This document shows, piece after piece, positions 37,430-48,840 of a stretch of 64,000 nucleotides of DNA. Under the pieces are notes generated by a model, which worked only from the letters and a program-made list of their open reading frames with translations, made no database searches and was not told the DNA's origin. The stretch comes from Selaginella moellendorffii (Eukaryota; Plantae; Lycopodiophyta). Position 1 is the stretch's first letter, and each line of letters begins with the position of its first letter. Location: contig NW_003314303.1 in the NCBI RefSeq assembly GCF_000143415.4, positions 1,053,322-1,117,321 of the forward strand, given 5' to 3'. A program made the translations under genes and the position numbers.

Positions 37430-39585
37430 TGTCAAGACCCCCAACAAGATCAAGACTAGAAAATGTAGAAGACAAAGAGAAAAGCTAGTGGAAACGAAGA
37501 AGAAACCTTAGACTGGTGTTAATTTAGATTGTGGAGAAATGGAACAAGGTTAACCTATATATACTATAAGTTGATGAAGCTCCACCACTCTTGGATCGAG
37601 GATGGCCTAAATATACCTAAGGTCGAGGAGGTGCCATGTCATCATCAAGAATGTGGTTCGAGACTCAGGAATCATACAGGAAATCATAGAGTTAGGAATA
37701 GGGAAGTGTCTCAAGAGTCAGGAATAGGGAAGTGTCTCAAGAGTCAAGAATATGGTCTACAGGTCAAGAATTCGGTGAGAGTCAGGAGTGTGGCAAGAAT
37801 TAGGGGATTCCTGACAGCACCCGCTCTTCAAGAACAAGTGGAATGAGGACGTGAATAAGAACAAAGAGGAGGATGAGATGGGCAGTGAGGGATAGGAGAG
37901 GGAGAATGAAAAGAATGAGGACTAGGACGAGAAGGATAGCAGCGGTGGAAGTCCTGAACAAGGTCAACAGAATGAATCAGGTTGTCCGCAGGTTCTCAAA
38001 TGCGTTCCTCAAGTCCATAACCCTTCCAGCCTACTAGATAGTAAAGTTTAGACCGTGAGATCTTGGAATCAAGGATGTCTTGAACCTCGTACTCAGACCC
38101 ATCCTCGAGATGCACTAGTGGAGGCGGAAGAATGACCCGATTTGGAATAAGACTGGGAATATAAGGCTCAAGGAGAGAGGAGTGAAAAATGGGGTGAATT
38201 TGATATGAGGAGGGAAGTGCAAAGCGATAAGTGACAGGATTAATAATGGTAGTGATAGGGAAAGGACCGAGGCATTTGAAATCGAGTTTAGGACATGGCC
38301 TGGTGGTGGAGATATTTCACCTAAGGAGCCAGACTTTATCCCCGATATTGTAAGGGGGACAATCCTGACAATAGACATTGGTGAATGTTTTGTGAGATTC
38401 TTGAGCATGATGGAGGTGGAAGTAGATGGAGTTGTGGATTTCCTGGAGGTTGGAGACAAATACTTCAGAGCGGGGATTTGAACGAGAGGATTCGGAGGGA
38501 AAAGGAAGTGAGAGATTGAATCGAGGATTTCGGCCAGAGTTTGCGAAGAAGGGGGAAACTCGAAGGGAGGAGTGAACAGAATTTTTATAGGAGAACTCAA
38601 CAAGGGGAAGGATATCGAACCAGTCATCCTGATGATAGTTGATGAAGCATCTCAAGAATTGTTCCAACGTCTGAATCGTTCACTCGGATTGTCCATCAAT
38701 TTGAGGATGATACGCCGAAGAGTGGTTGGCCTTCACTCCAAGCAATTGCAAGAACCATTGCCAGATATGAGAGATGAATTGAGGTCCCCGATCTGAAACC
38801 ACATCTGCAGGAATCCCATGAAATCGGAAAATTTCCCTGAATACCAATTTTGCCATATCCTCACCTGAAAACTCCTTGGTATACGGCAGGAAGTGTGCCA
38901 TCTTTGTGAAGCAATCCACCACAACTAAAATGTTGTTGAAGCCTCTAGAACTCAGAAGATCACTCAAGAAATCCATGGAGATGGATTCCCAAGGACCTGA
39001 AGGGACTGGGAGGGAACGAAGCAAACCTGAAGGAAGGTGGCAAGGTATTTTATTCTGGGCGCAAGTGTCACAGGAGGTAACAAAAGTTTTGATGTAGTCG
39101 TACATGTGGGGCCACCAAAAGTCTTGTGCAGCCAGCTCATAAGTTTTTGCAATGCTGAAGTGACCAGTAGTTAGGCTATTGTGGCACGTCATCAAGACCA
39201 ACCTTTGAGCATCACCTTCAGGAACGTAAAATTGCTCCCCACGGTACAACAAGCCATCTAAGAACTCGTCATCAAATTGCCGACAGTCGAGAGTCACTGG
39301 GTGTCCAGCTTGAAGATGGGGGAAAATATCATTGGCGAGGTCATCGGATTGAAGATTGTTTCTGATCACATCCATCAAGGAGGAGTCTTGAGGGGCCAAG
39401 GAAATTGTCATAACGTGAAGCCGATCAGGACTGAAGATAACCTAATCCTATTGATCGAAGGTAGGATTACCAGGCTTAAGACTGAGATAGGAGTGCCTTG
39501 AAAGAGCATCAGGAAGGCCCTGAAGCTTTCCAAGTCTGTACTTGATAACAAAGTCAAACCGACTCAGGAATTATGCCCACCTTGT

Positions 39586-42396
39586 TGTAAGCGACTAATT
39601 TTTCCATTCTACTTTAGTCACTTAACCACACCTCCGACCACTTGGAGGAGTCTCTCTCACAACCTCCATAAGTCCTATTTTGGACTTGGGCTTGCTAGCC
39701 CCGAGAATGGCATCCCCGCCACTCAACCGTCCAAGTGCTCCACGTGTCCAATCCCATGACTGACACCCCAAGGTACCATTGATATATCAGCCGGTTACGC
39801 TAAGGCCATGCCCCTTCACCTTGGTTACACCGGTGGTCTAACACCACCTACATCACAGTCCTGTCTCTCAAGAATTGGGCCATCGATCCATGAGTGATCA
39901 TTCCAGATCCACTCCTTAGCATCCTTAGGATGCCCACAGACATGGGGAATAATCTTCCCCAATATCCCTTTTCCGGTCTTCACCAAGTCCCTTTCTGTCC
40001 ATGGCCGTGTTTGCCAACACTGCCACTAGATCAAGGCCCACAAGCCTGACCACTAAGTCCCACGGTCCTCTGGGACTTCCTCACAATGTGACTATGTCCT
40101 TAGTCACTATGCCAGAGGTCTGCTCCTCCTCTTCCTTCCCATAGTCTGATGTAAGCAACTAAAGAGAACGACTTGAGAGACGATCCATAAAGGTTCAAAT
40201 ATAAAGGGAAAGGGCCCATGAATAAAAGTGCACCCCCTTTTCCAATCGGTTAAGGGTCTTGGGATATTTGGGGTTAAGCGTCCTTTGATTTGAATAGTAC
40301 TGGGCTGGGTGACCTCCCGGGAAGTCCAAACTCAAGACCTTACATTTGGTATCAGAGTGGGTCTCAGATCCGACTCTGTTGGTTGGCTAAGGGAATCACA
40401 CCACATGTTGATTGACATCTGGCTGGTCCAGTTTGCTCCTGCTAGGCTCGACCCGAGGGGTAGGGTGTCAAGAGAGTGGGGCTCTCGGGAGAGTTGCGGC
40501 TCTCAGCTTCCGTTCACGAGGGCGTGAACTTGCATGGAAGCATGGTGGATTGTAACCAACCAAAGAGAACGACTTAAGAGACGATCCATAAGGGTTCAAA
40601 TATAGAGGGAAAAGGCCCATGAATAAGAGTGCACCCCCTTTTGCAATCGGTTAAGAGTCTTGGGATATTTGGGGTTAAGCGTCCTTTGGTTTGAATAGTA
40701 CTAGGCTGGGTGACCTCCTGGGAAGTCCAAACTCAAAACCTTACATCTGGGACTTCGGGGCAACATTTCGGAACACCGTGGCCTTACGTGAGCCACCTAG
40801 GTACTCTCCCTGCCTTCCGCCCTTGGGTGCTCTAGCCATGGGCTTAGAGCAAGGTTCCGTTGAGCCACGCCTAGTATCCAAGTAGGTAGTGCCACCCACA
40901 CTTGGACTGGGAGCATTGGCCAGTTGATCTCCCGGGGGAACTAGAGCCGGCTCTTGAACACTTCACCAAGCTACCCCGCTTGTCGATCCGTATTCACTCT
41001 AGTCTTGGACTTCCCAGTGGTTAGTTCATCACCTAACACTAGGTCTAGCCTTCCTGGGCCAAACTGGCTCCACTACAGTCCTCCCCCTTACTATACTTTT
41101 GGAGCTCACCAAACCCCCCAGGGTCTGGGAGACGAACGCTTTGGGCTTTCACCCTCTCAGACTTGAACTCGGACTCGGATTCGGATTCGGACTCGGACTC
41201 AGACTCGGACTCGGACTCGGGCTTGGGCTTGGTCTCGGCCTCGGCTTTGGTCTCGGTCTCGGTCTCAGTCCCGGTCTTGGTCTCAGTCTCGGTCCCGGTC
41301 TTGGTCTCAGTCTCGGTCCCAATCTCGGTCTCGGTCTCGGTCTCGACTTCAGACTCCATCTCGGGTCCTTCTCGAACTCCATCTCGGATTCCATCTCGAG
41401 TCCATCTCAGACTCCACCTCAGGTCCTCAGACTCCATCTCGGACTCCATCTCGGGTCCATCTCGGACTCCATCTCAGACTCATCTCGGTCCATCTCGAAC
41501 TCCATCTTAGTCCATCTCGGACTCCATCTCAGGTCCATCTCGGACTCCATCTCGGGTCCATCTCGGACTCCATCTCGGTCCATCTCGAACTCCATCTCGG
41601 GTCCATCTCGGACTCCATCTCGGACTCCATCTCGGGTCCATCTCGGACTCCATCTCAGACTCATCTCGGTCCATCTCGAACTCCATCTCAGTCCATCTCG
41701 GACTCCATCTCAGGTCCATCTCGGACTCCATCTCGGGTCCATCTCGGACTCCATCTCGGTCCATCTCGAACTCCATCTCGGGTCCATCTCGGACTCCATC
41801 TCGGTCCATCTCGAACTCCATCTCGGGTCCATCTCGGACTCCATCTCGGACTCCATCTCGGGTCCATCTCGGACTCCATCTCAGACTCATCTCGGACTCC
41901 ATCTCAGGTCCATCTCGGACTCCATCTCGGGTCCATCTCGGACTCCATCTCGGGTCCATCTCGGACTCCATCTCGGACTCCATCTCGGGTCCATCTCGGG
42001 TCCATCTTGGACTCCATTTCAGGTCCATCTCGGACTCAATCTCGGGTCCATCTTGGGTCCATCTCGGGTCCACCTCGGACTCTACCTCAGACTCCATCTC
42101 GGACTCCACCTTGGACTCCATCTCGGACTCCATCTCGGACTCCACCTCGGACTCCATCTCGAACACTTCCACGTGTCATGTTTTGGTCCTCTTGTGTCCC
42201 CTTTTCTAAAGACTCACTCATGGCTCGCCTCATGCTTGTTCTTCGACCCTTCGTTGGGAGTTCCACTCCCACTCTCAACCTTTTCAAGTCGGAGCTTTTA
42301 GTCCAAACATGTTACGCTCGTTTAGCTTTCGCTTCAGCCACTACCACGTGGCACCCCTTTGGCTCCACTTTGGGGCTTAGGGATTTGTGTCTCAAA
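39586..42396. mobile_element. Solo LTR (family of 29307-30825) with expanded minisatellite and nested Cassandra
   Basis: TSD cttgt/cttgc in the chromovirus RNase H; array ~41165-42165. Confidence 0.87.
40150..40745 (+). mobile_element. Complete Cassandra TRIM (5S rRNA-derived segment in LTRs)
   Basis: 195-bp LTRs at 40150-40344 and 40551-40745, PBS tggtatcagag 40347, PPT-like ...tggtggat, TSD tctga/tctgg. gttaagcgtcc...tagtactaggctgggtgacctcctgggaagtcc (40674-40728) matches the plant 5S internal control region. Confidence 0.92.
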
Positions 42397-43159
42397 CTTG
42401 CTTGACAACGGCTCAAAACTCAAAAAGTGGCAAAAAGCTCTATTTCGTGAAAGTGGGATTTATTCAGTAAAATGGGACTAGGTACAAATTTTCAAGTATT
42501 TGAAAATGACGTGAAATTATATGTTTTTTGTCCAGGGGCTAGACATATCTGGGGCATGGTGACTAGCGCGGTGACTTTGTGTCTAGACTGAGTCCATCTG
42601 GTTGTATAATAAATCTCATTGTCAAGGTGAACAAGCCGAATCTGAAGCTAAAGAAGAGTGATGGCATGCCCGCACACACTATTTGTTTGTTCATTGAGCG
42701 TGTGGTGAGCTTTCCAAGATGAACGTCATTCCTATTAGCCAGACATATAACTTAATGGTGAGAACATTTAGATATTATTCAATGTTATCTTTTTCTAACG
42801 AATCTAATTGTGAAGGTGTAGCAAGAGGCATTGCTAGTCTGGAGAAGTCATTTAACTCATTTGACCTTTAGTGTATTTTCATGAAACTAAATAACATTCA
42901 TATTATTAAGGAATTTCTCTAGTACCTTTTTTTACGACATAGAGGCTTGCATTTCTTTCAAAGGTGATTTAGTAAAAGGCCTGAGGGCACATGCCATTCT
43001 ATTTCTCAGACCGGTATTAAGATATACTAGTGCAAAGGGAAAAAGGTATTTAGTGATCAAGTAAATGGCATGAGGGCACACGCCATTATAAGCCTAAGCG
43101 CTAGTGGACACCTCCTTTTTGGTGTCACGCCTCACGCCTCATGCCATCACGCCATGCCA

Positions 43160-46100
43160 TCACGCCTCCTCTGATTCAGATTCGGATTGTTCACCTTGAA
43201 ATAAAATACATTAGAAACTTAGTAAAGGAATATTAATGAATCTCACCTTGAACCCGGGTTATGAATGCTCTTGCTGCATCTCTTGCATGGTCTGGCAAGC
43301 TGATGGTGGCACTCTGCTTCCGCATCCAACCATGCACAACATTATCCACCGATATGCTCATGCTGGGATCCCTTGGATTTAGCACCCTTCTCTTTTCTAG
43401 GCAATCCTTCATATATCCGGAACTTGGCTTGAACCACTCCACAGTTACATTGAAGGAGTTAGTTTCCGCGTCCTCCTCTGCATCAGTGATGCAGCGCCCC
43501 ACCCATATCATTTGTTTTTTATTACTGGGTCTGACAAGCACGACCATTCCTTTGCAGACCTGTACTGGATTGAATGCTGAATCCGGCTTCTTGTTCCTCG
43601 GCCCACAATAGTGATGCTCAACATCGTTATCTGTCACTGCATTTCCAGAGTACATTGTTCCGCTACTATCTGGTGCTCTGGTTCTGGCCAAAAGGACTCT
43701 TCCAATTCTTCATATACAACCGGCCCATTTTGGATAGCAGATATAATCTTCTCCCAGTATTCGAGCAAAGGCTTGCACCTCTTAAAATAGGATTCTCCAC
43801 CAAACACCAACCCCCTCTTCCAGAAGGCAATATGCTGTCTAATCTTAGCCACTATACTTTCCTGGTCTTTGAGTCCATCTGGGTGCATCGGCCGTGGGGA
43901 ACCCTGAGGAATCATAGGTTCCCCAGTTATAGGATCTCTCTTGAAGAGTTCAATGCCATCCACTGGCAGCCACACTGTGTCCCATTCTCTCATCTTGTAC
44001 CTCATCACTGGAGCACCGTCACGCATGCTGAAATGAAACTGAAGAGGCTTGGAGTGGCCAATCAGCGTTTCGGATCCGTCCCTGATGTAGCCTCTTACAA
44101 ACCTGTTAAAGTCTGGAACCTCTGTCACAAGTGCAGCTTCAACAGTGCCTTTGATGCAATTTTGGAATTCATCGTAGAGTTGTGGGAGGGTGAGGACATT
44201 GGATCGCCAGAGGGACTCTGCCAGGTGACTGAACATGGCATCGACGTCTTCATGAGTGTGCCCAACCATGAGAAAGCCAAGTGTAACCGTTTCAAATATG
44301 CCTTTGGCAACAAGCATTGCCAAGTACGCAAAGACGTACATGTTTTTGTTCTCACTGCCAGCATTGTCTGTTTGGAGCAGAAGATGGGGTGGAAGGCCAC
44401 ATCGGCCGCAAGAACTTCCTTGAGATTCTGCTTCGTTTGGATGAGGCTGTGCATTCACCGAGCGACCAACCTCGTCGGAATGGCATGAGGCCTCACGTGA
44501 TAACCCTACAATCTGACGGCCAACATATTCACTGGGATGGCATGGGGCCCCACGCGATACAGCAAGCCTTTGCTCCTCCTCCAGCTGAACCCTGTATGGG
44601 GTTCAATCAACAAGGGCCTTATGCAAGGGTTGGCCGTTCAGCTCAGTCTGCGCACTTTGCAGAGACCTTAAGTGTTTTGCTAGGGACGCAATCATCATGT
44701 TTGCACCCCCGCCACCCCATAGAGGTACAAAGAAGTTCCCATAGTTCTGGGCACCATGCCCATGAGCGATTATGCCAAACAGAGACACAGGCAGCTACAT
44801 GGATGAAGAGATTGCCTTGGGGGCATTATTGAGTCGAGGTAAGCACGTCTTTTTCTGGTCCATTTTGTCGTGGATGATGCAGAGGTAAGAGTCAGGTCTC
44901 TTCATGGAGAGAATCTTGTTATGATAATATGCAGTCCTGCAGCTTCTTTGCTCGATGTTGTGGTCGAGCCGCCTTCTAACCAACGTCTCTCGCTCTTGAG
45001 CGCTGCAAGAATTCTTCGACAAAGCCATTTTGATAGCAGTGCACTCGTCACACTTTGAAAAGCTGGAGTACTTTCCTATACTCACATCCCTGAACCTGTT
45101 GCTCCACAATCTACTAAATCTAGATTGGCTCAGCTTCCTGTAGCCATTACTCTGGAGTTCCCGATTCACATCTTCCAATATGGCCCCCTTGGTATACATG
45201 GAAGGGAGAACTCGTTGGGTGTCTCGTGTTCCATCTTCCAAGAGGTGGGTTTTATGTGGTTGCTGCTCGCTACATGTCTCGACAAACCTCTTGAAGATTG
45301 CCTCTCCATATACAATATGACCCCTGGTTTTGTGCGTACCGTCGTTCCCATGGACTGCCTGTTGAACCCTTTGTTCCTCGAACTCAGTTTTGATTCTGTA
45401 GAATGTGCTTCGAGGGACTCCATAAATGATTCTCCATGCCTTCATACAGACCAAACCCCTCTGGAAGACCATGCCCCCCACCTGATGTTTTGAAGCATCA
45501 ACAGATGACCGTAATGCCTCATACACAAAATTGCGAGTTGCCTTCCAAGACAATGCCTTGTATCTTGCTCTCTCCTTTTCAATAGCATCCCAATCAGCAT
45601 GCTGACAGCACCTCCTCTTGCAACAAGCAACTGTCGAGACCATTCGAACCTCCATCGCCATTTTCTGCCTTTTCGGTTCGTTGCTCAGATCCCTTTGGCT
45701 GCGCTGTAGGAAGGTCTACTTTCTTTTCCCATGAAGAGATGTTCTGTCATCAGTTGTAGTGGTGTTTGATTGTGAATCCTTCACATTCTCAAACACTAAA
45801 TGCCTCAATTTCCACCGCACAATGCTTCCAATAGTCAGACTGTTTTCTTCTGTGTCAACAACCTCTAAAATCGCAACTCCAATATCATCCCAGCCCAATT
45901 CTTGATTAGCAACTGCATCTCTTGGATCGACAACTGTGGCTAAGCCCTCAGCTACCACCTCCCCCTCGGGGTTGTTTAGAAACACCTTTGCCTGAATCCA
46001 TGTAGCACGGTTCTTAAGATCCACGGAGGGAACATGCGTCGCACTTGCGCTGTCCCCAACATCTGCTTTCTTCTGTAGATTTTTCAAGGCAACAACAACA

Positions 46101-46300
46101 TTTACCCCGACGACCATCTCTCCTCGTTCAATAGCGACCACATTCCCATCGAAGATAGTCTCTACTGATACAGCAGCATTGCCTTCCCCAAGCCTTTAAC
46201 AGTGTATAACAAAATTCCGATCCATAAACACAAGGGTCCCTTTTGCAACTCTCTTCCCACCATTCAAAATGTAAACCTTTTCCCCAACCCTGAAGGCCAT
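43160..46300 (-). pseudogene. Sola/DUF7869-like transposase with in-frame stops and one frameshift
   Basis: ORFs 45716-46141, 44795-45661, 44603-44788 and 43634-44458 share one frame from ATG 46300, separated by single stops. Motifs FSKCDEC..H, IIHDKMDQKK, LLLQTDNAGSENKN, FLMVGHTHEDVDAMFS. C-terminal domain 43233-43691 follows a frameshift. Confidence 0.85.
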
Positions 46301-48840
46301 TCTGAAAGTGCAGAAAAGAAGTTAAGACCATACAAAAAATGATTGGAGAATGGTCTAAATCATAACATACCAAATAGCATGAGGCCACATGCCATTATTC
46401 AAACATGCTATTGACACCCACGTGAAATTTCGCATTCACAAAATTGGCATGAGCCCTCATGCCATCTTGATATACACACAGCTGCAGGCAAGTAAAAACA
46501 TACATGACAATACACTAGCCATGAAATTGCAAGGGCCCAATATGGCATGTGGCCTCATGCCATTTCTAAATGTGGTCCTAAACCATTCCATGGTGAACAT
46601 ACCAGGAAGCACAAGTGTCGAATATCAAGAGGAAGCGGTAGCCACACCAAAGACAGTGCCGCTCGCAACACCGCAACTACTCGTAGCACCGCTCGCAACA
46701 CCGCAACTGCTTGTAGCGCCGCTCGCACAAACTGCCATTCGCATAAACTGCCGCTCGCAATGGCGCTCGCAATGCCGCAACCGCTTGTAGACGCATAAAC
46801 CACAGCTCACAACGCCACTTACACAAGCAGCGCTCACTGTGCTCAGCGGAACCAAGAACACGGTGCACAAAAATGATAGACCTAGGAATGAGTTCGAGAA
46901 TTCAAAAATAACACACGCTTGAATGTCACATCAAATCCTCTGACAAACCAGATCTTATGATTCCTCTGACAAATTTCAAACTGAGTAGCTTCTAGACTTT
47001 GCTGTCGGAGGTTGAACTTTGTCATATCATGTCCTTGCCTCGATCCAGCTGTGCCATGTCAGTGATTCGAACTTTGCCATGCCATGTTAGCGATCCGCGC
47101 CAAGATTATTCGCCGTGTAAAGGAAAAATTATGCTGTGTGTGTACGTCCATTTATGGCAATATAAGGCCACACGCCATTCAAAGAATAATGCTAGTCAAG
47201 CATTTTTTTGTGCATTTTTGGGTTCAAAATTGCATGAGCCCACACGCTATAAAGTTTACCTGTACCAAAAATAGAAACAGCTTTATTTACTTGGGAATTT
47301 AAGTGGTTGAGGCATTTTTAAACTTACAAACACATGCCCTACTTACATTCCTTTGGTTGCTTAAAATTCAAAAATATTATAAACCTTTCTTTTTGCATTT
47401 TCAATGTTTTCAATTATGGTTTTTGATTTTCGCAGAACCAGCCTAGTAATCTATTTGCATCCCGTCATGTTTATAGCTAGCTTTCGTTTGTCCCCTTCGC
47501 TAGCTTGAGATACATTTGCTCGGCATCTGCCTCTTATAGCATTTGCCTAGAAAGGGCATCTTTCTTCACGCAGCATTTGCCACATGTTTAGGGTTAGGGT
47601 TTAGGGTTTAGCAATTCAGTAGCTTGATAAACATGCAAATACAGAACTTGATGCAAAATCCTTTGATATTTCACAATGCCCCTAGGACCATAAACACATT
47701 TCAATAGAGAGGGTCCTTTCATTTCATAACTCCTTACGTAGATCTTGGTGAAACCAGAGTTAGTGAAGTTGGTTTCTTGTGATCCCGCATCTGATTGTGA
47801 TGTCCCTTTGCAGTGTCGATGGAAAGGTCAATGCACACCAAACTGTAGAATCTTGGAGCAAAATAACAGTCGGATCTATGGCAAATGCCCCTGAAACATT
47901 GTAAGGCTCGTGTGGTCTCATGTGGTGTCCGATTGAGATGCTTCTTTGCAGGGTCATCAAGAAGGACATTGTATACCATTCTGTAAAATCTAGTTGCGAT
48001 CTAACGGTTGGATCTCTAGGAAACTCAAAACAATCTCGCGCGTGTCAGAATATTCTAGGAATATACTCCTATGTGCTCCTGAAAATGGCATGCGGCCCCA
48101 CGCCATTCAAGAGATAACGCCAGATGACGCTGAGCATTTTTTGGTGCATTTTTTGGGATCAAAATTGCATGAGCCCACACGCTTGAACGTCACATCAAAT
48201 CCTCTGACAATTTATTTAGCTGAACATCTGGCATTTTTGGAAATACAAGATGCTTTGGAATATCCAATTATGCATGGTATAAATATAGCGAGGGTATTAA
48301 ATGATATCCCAATCATGATCTTTCTTTTGGATTTCGCGTGCATGCAGTCCGAGGAATGATGACGTTGCGGATTTCTTTTTAGATTTCACGCATGCGCGCG
48401 GCGATCCAGAAATTAATGGTGGCGCCCAAGTCCGAGGAATGATGACGTGGCGGGATTACCAACCGTCGTGACATTTCGCGCGTGTGAGGTTAGGTTTTGC
48501 ATTTTGCTTCGTACTCGCGCTCGCATCGCGCTCCCACTCGCGTTCCCACTTCTCTACAGGTTTCTCGTGTGCATCGGCGTCCACTCGCGCTTGCATCACA
48601 CTCGCGCTCGCATCGCGCTCGTGTGCATCGGCGTCCACTTCAAGACACACCCAGTTTGTAACTTCGCCGCCAACTCCGCTGCCCACTCCGCCACCCACAA
48701 TCAGCCCACTTGGCGTCCCGGGAGATTTCAGCGCCACTCTCCAACTGTAAGTGGCAGAGTAGCCTTGCTGCTACGATCCGCTGCACACACAGTGCACATT
48801 CGCCAGCGAGTCCGGTTGTCACGCCTCCATTCGGCTTCAA

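Noticed and set aside
40273-40728. 5S rRNA genes
   Set aside because: Only a ~55-bp internal segment embedded in LTRs; not full rRNA genes.
41045-42405. Long ORFs (up to 400 aa) rich in LGLHLG / SISD / MESE, also at 30081-30735
   Set aside because: By-products of stop-poor minisatellites open in several frames on both strands.
43574-44488. 304-aa plus-strand ORF
   Set aside because: Antisense shadow of the transposase with no recognisable motifs.
47587-47612. Telomere or chromosome-fusion scar
   Set aside because: Only 3-4 units inside a transposon; better read as a telo-box-like motif.
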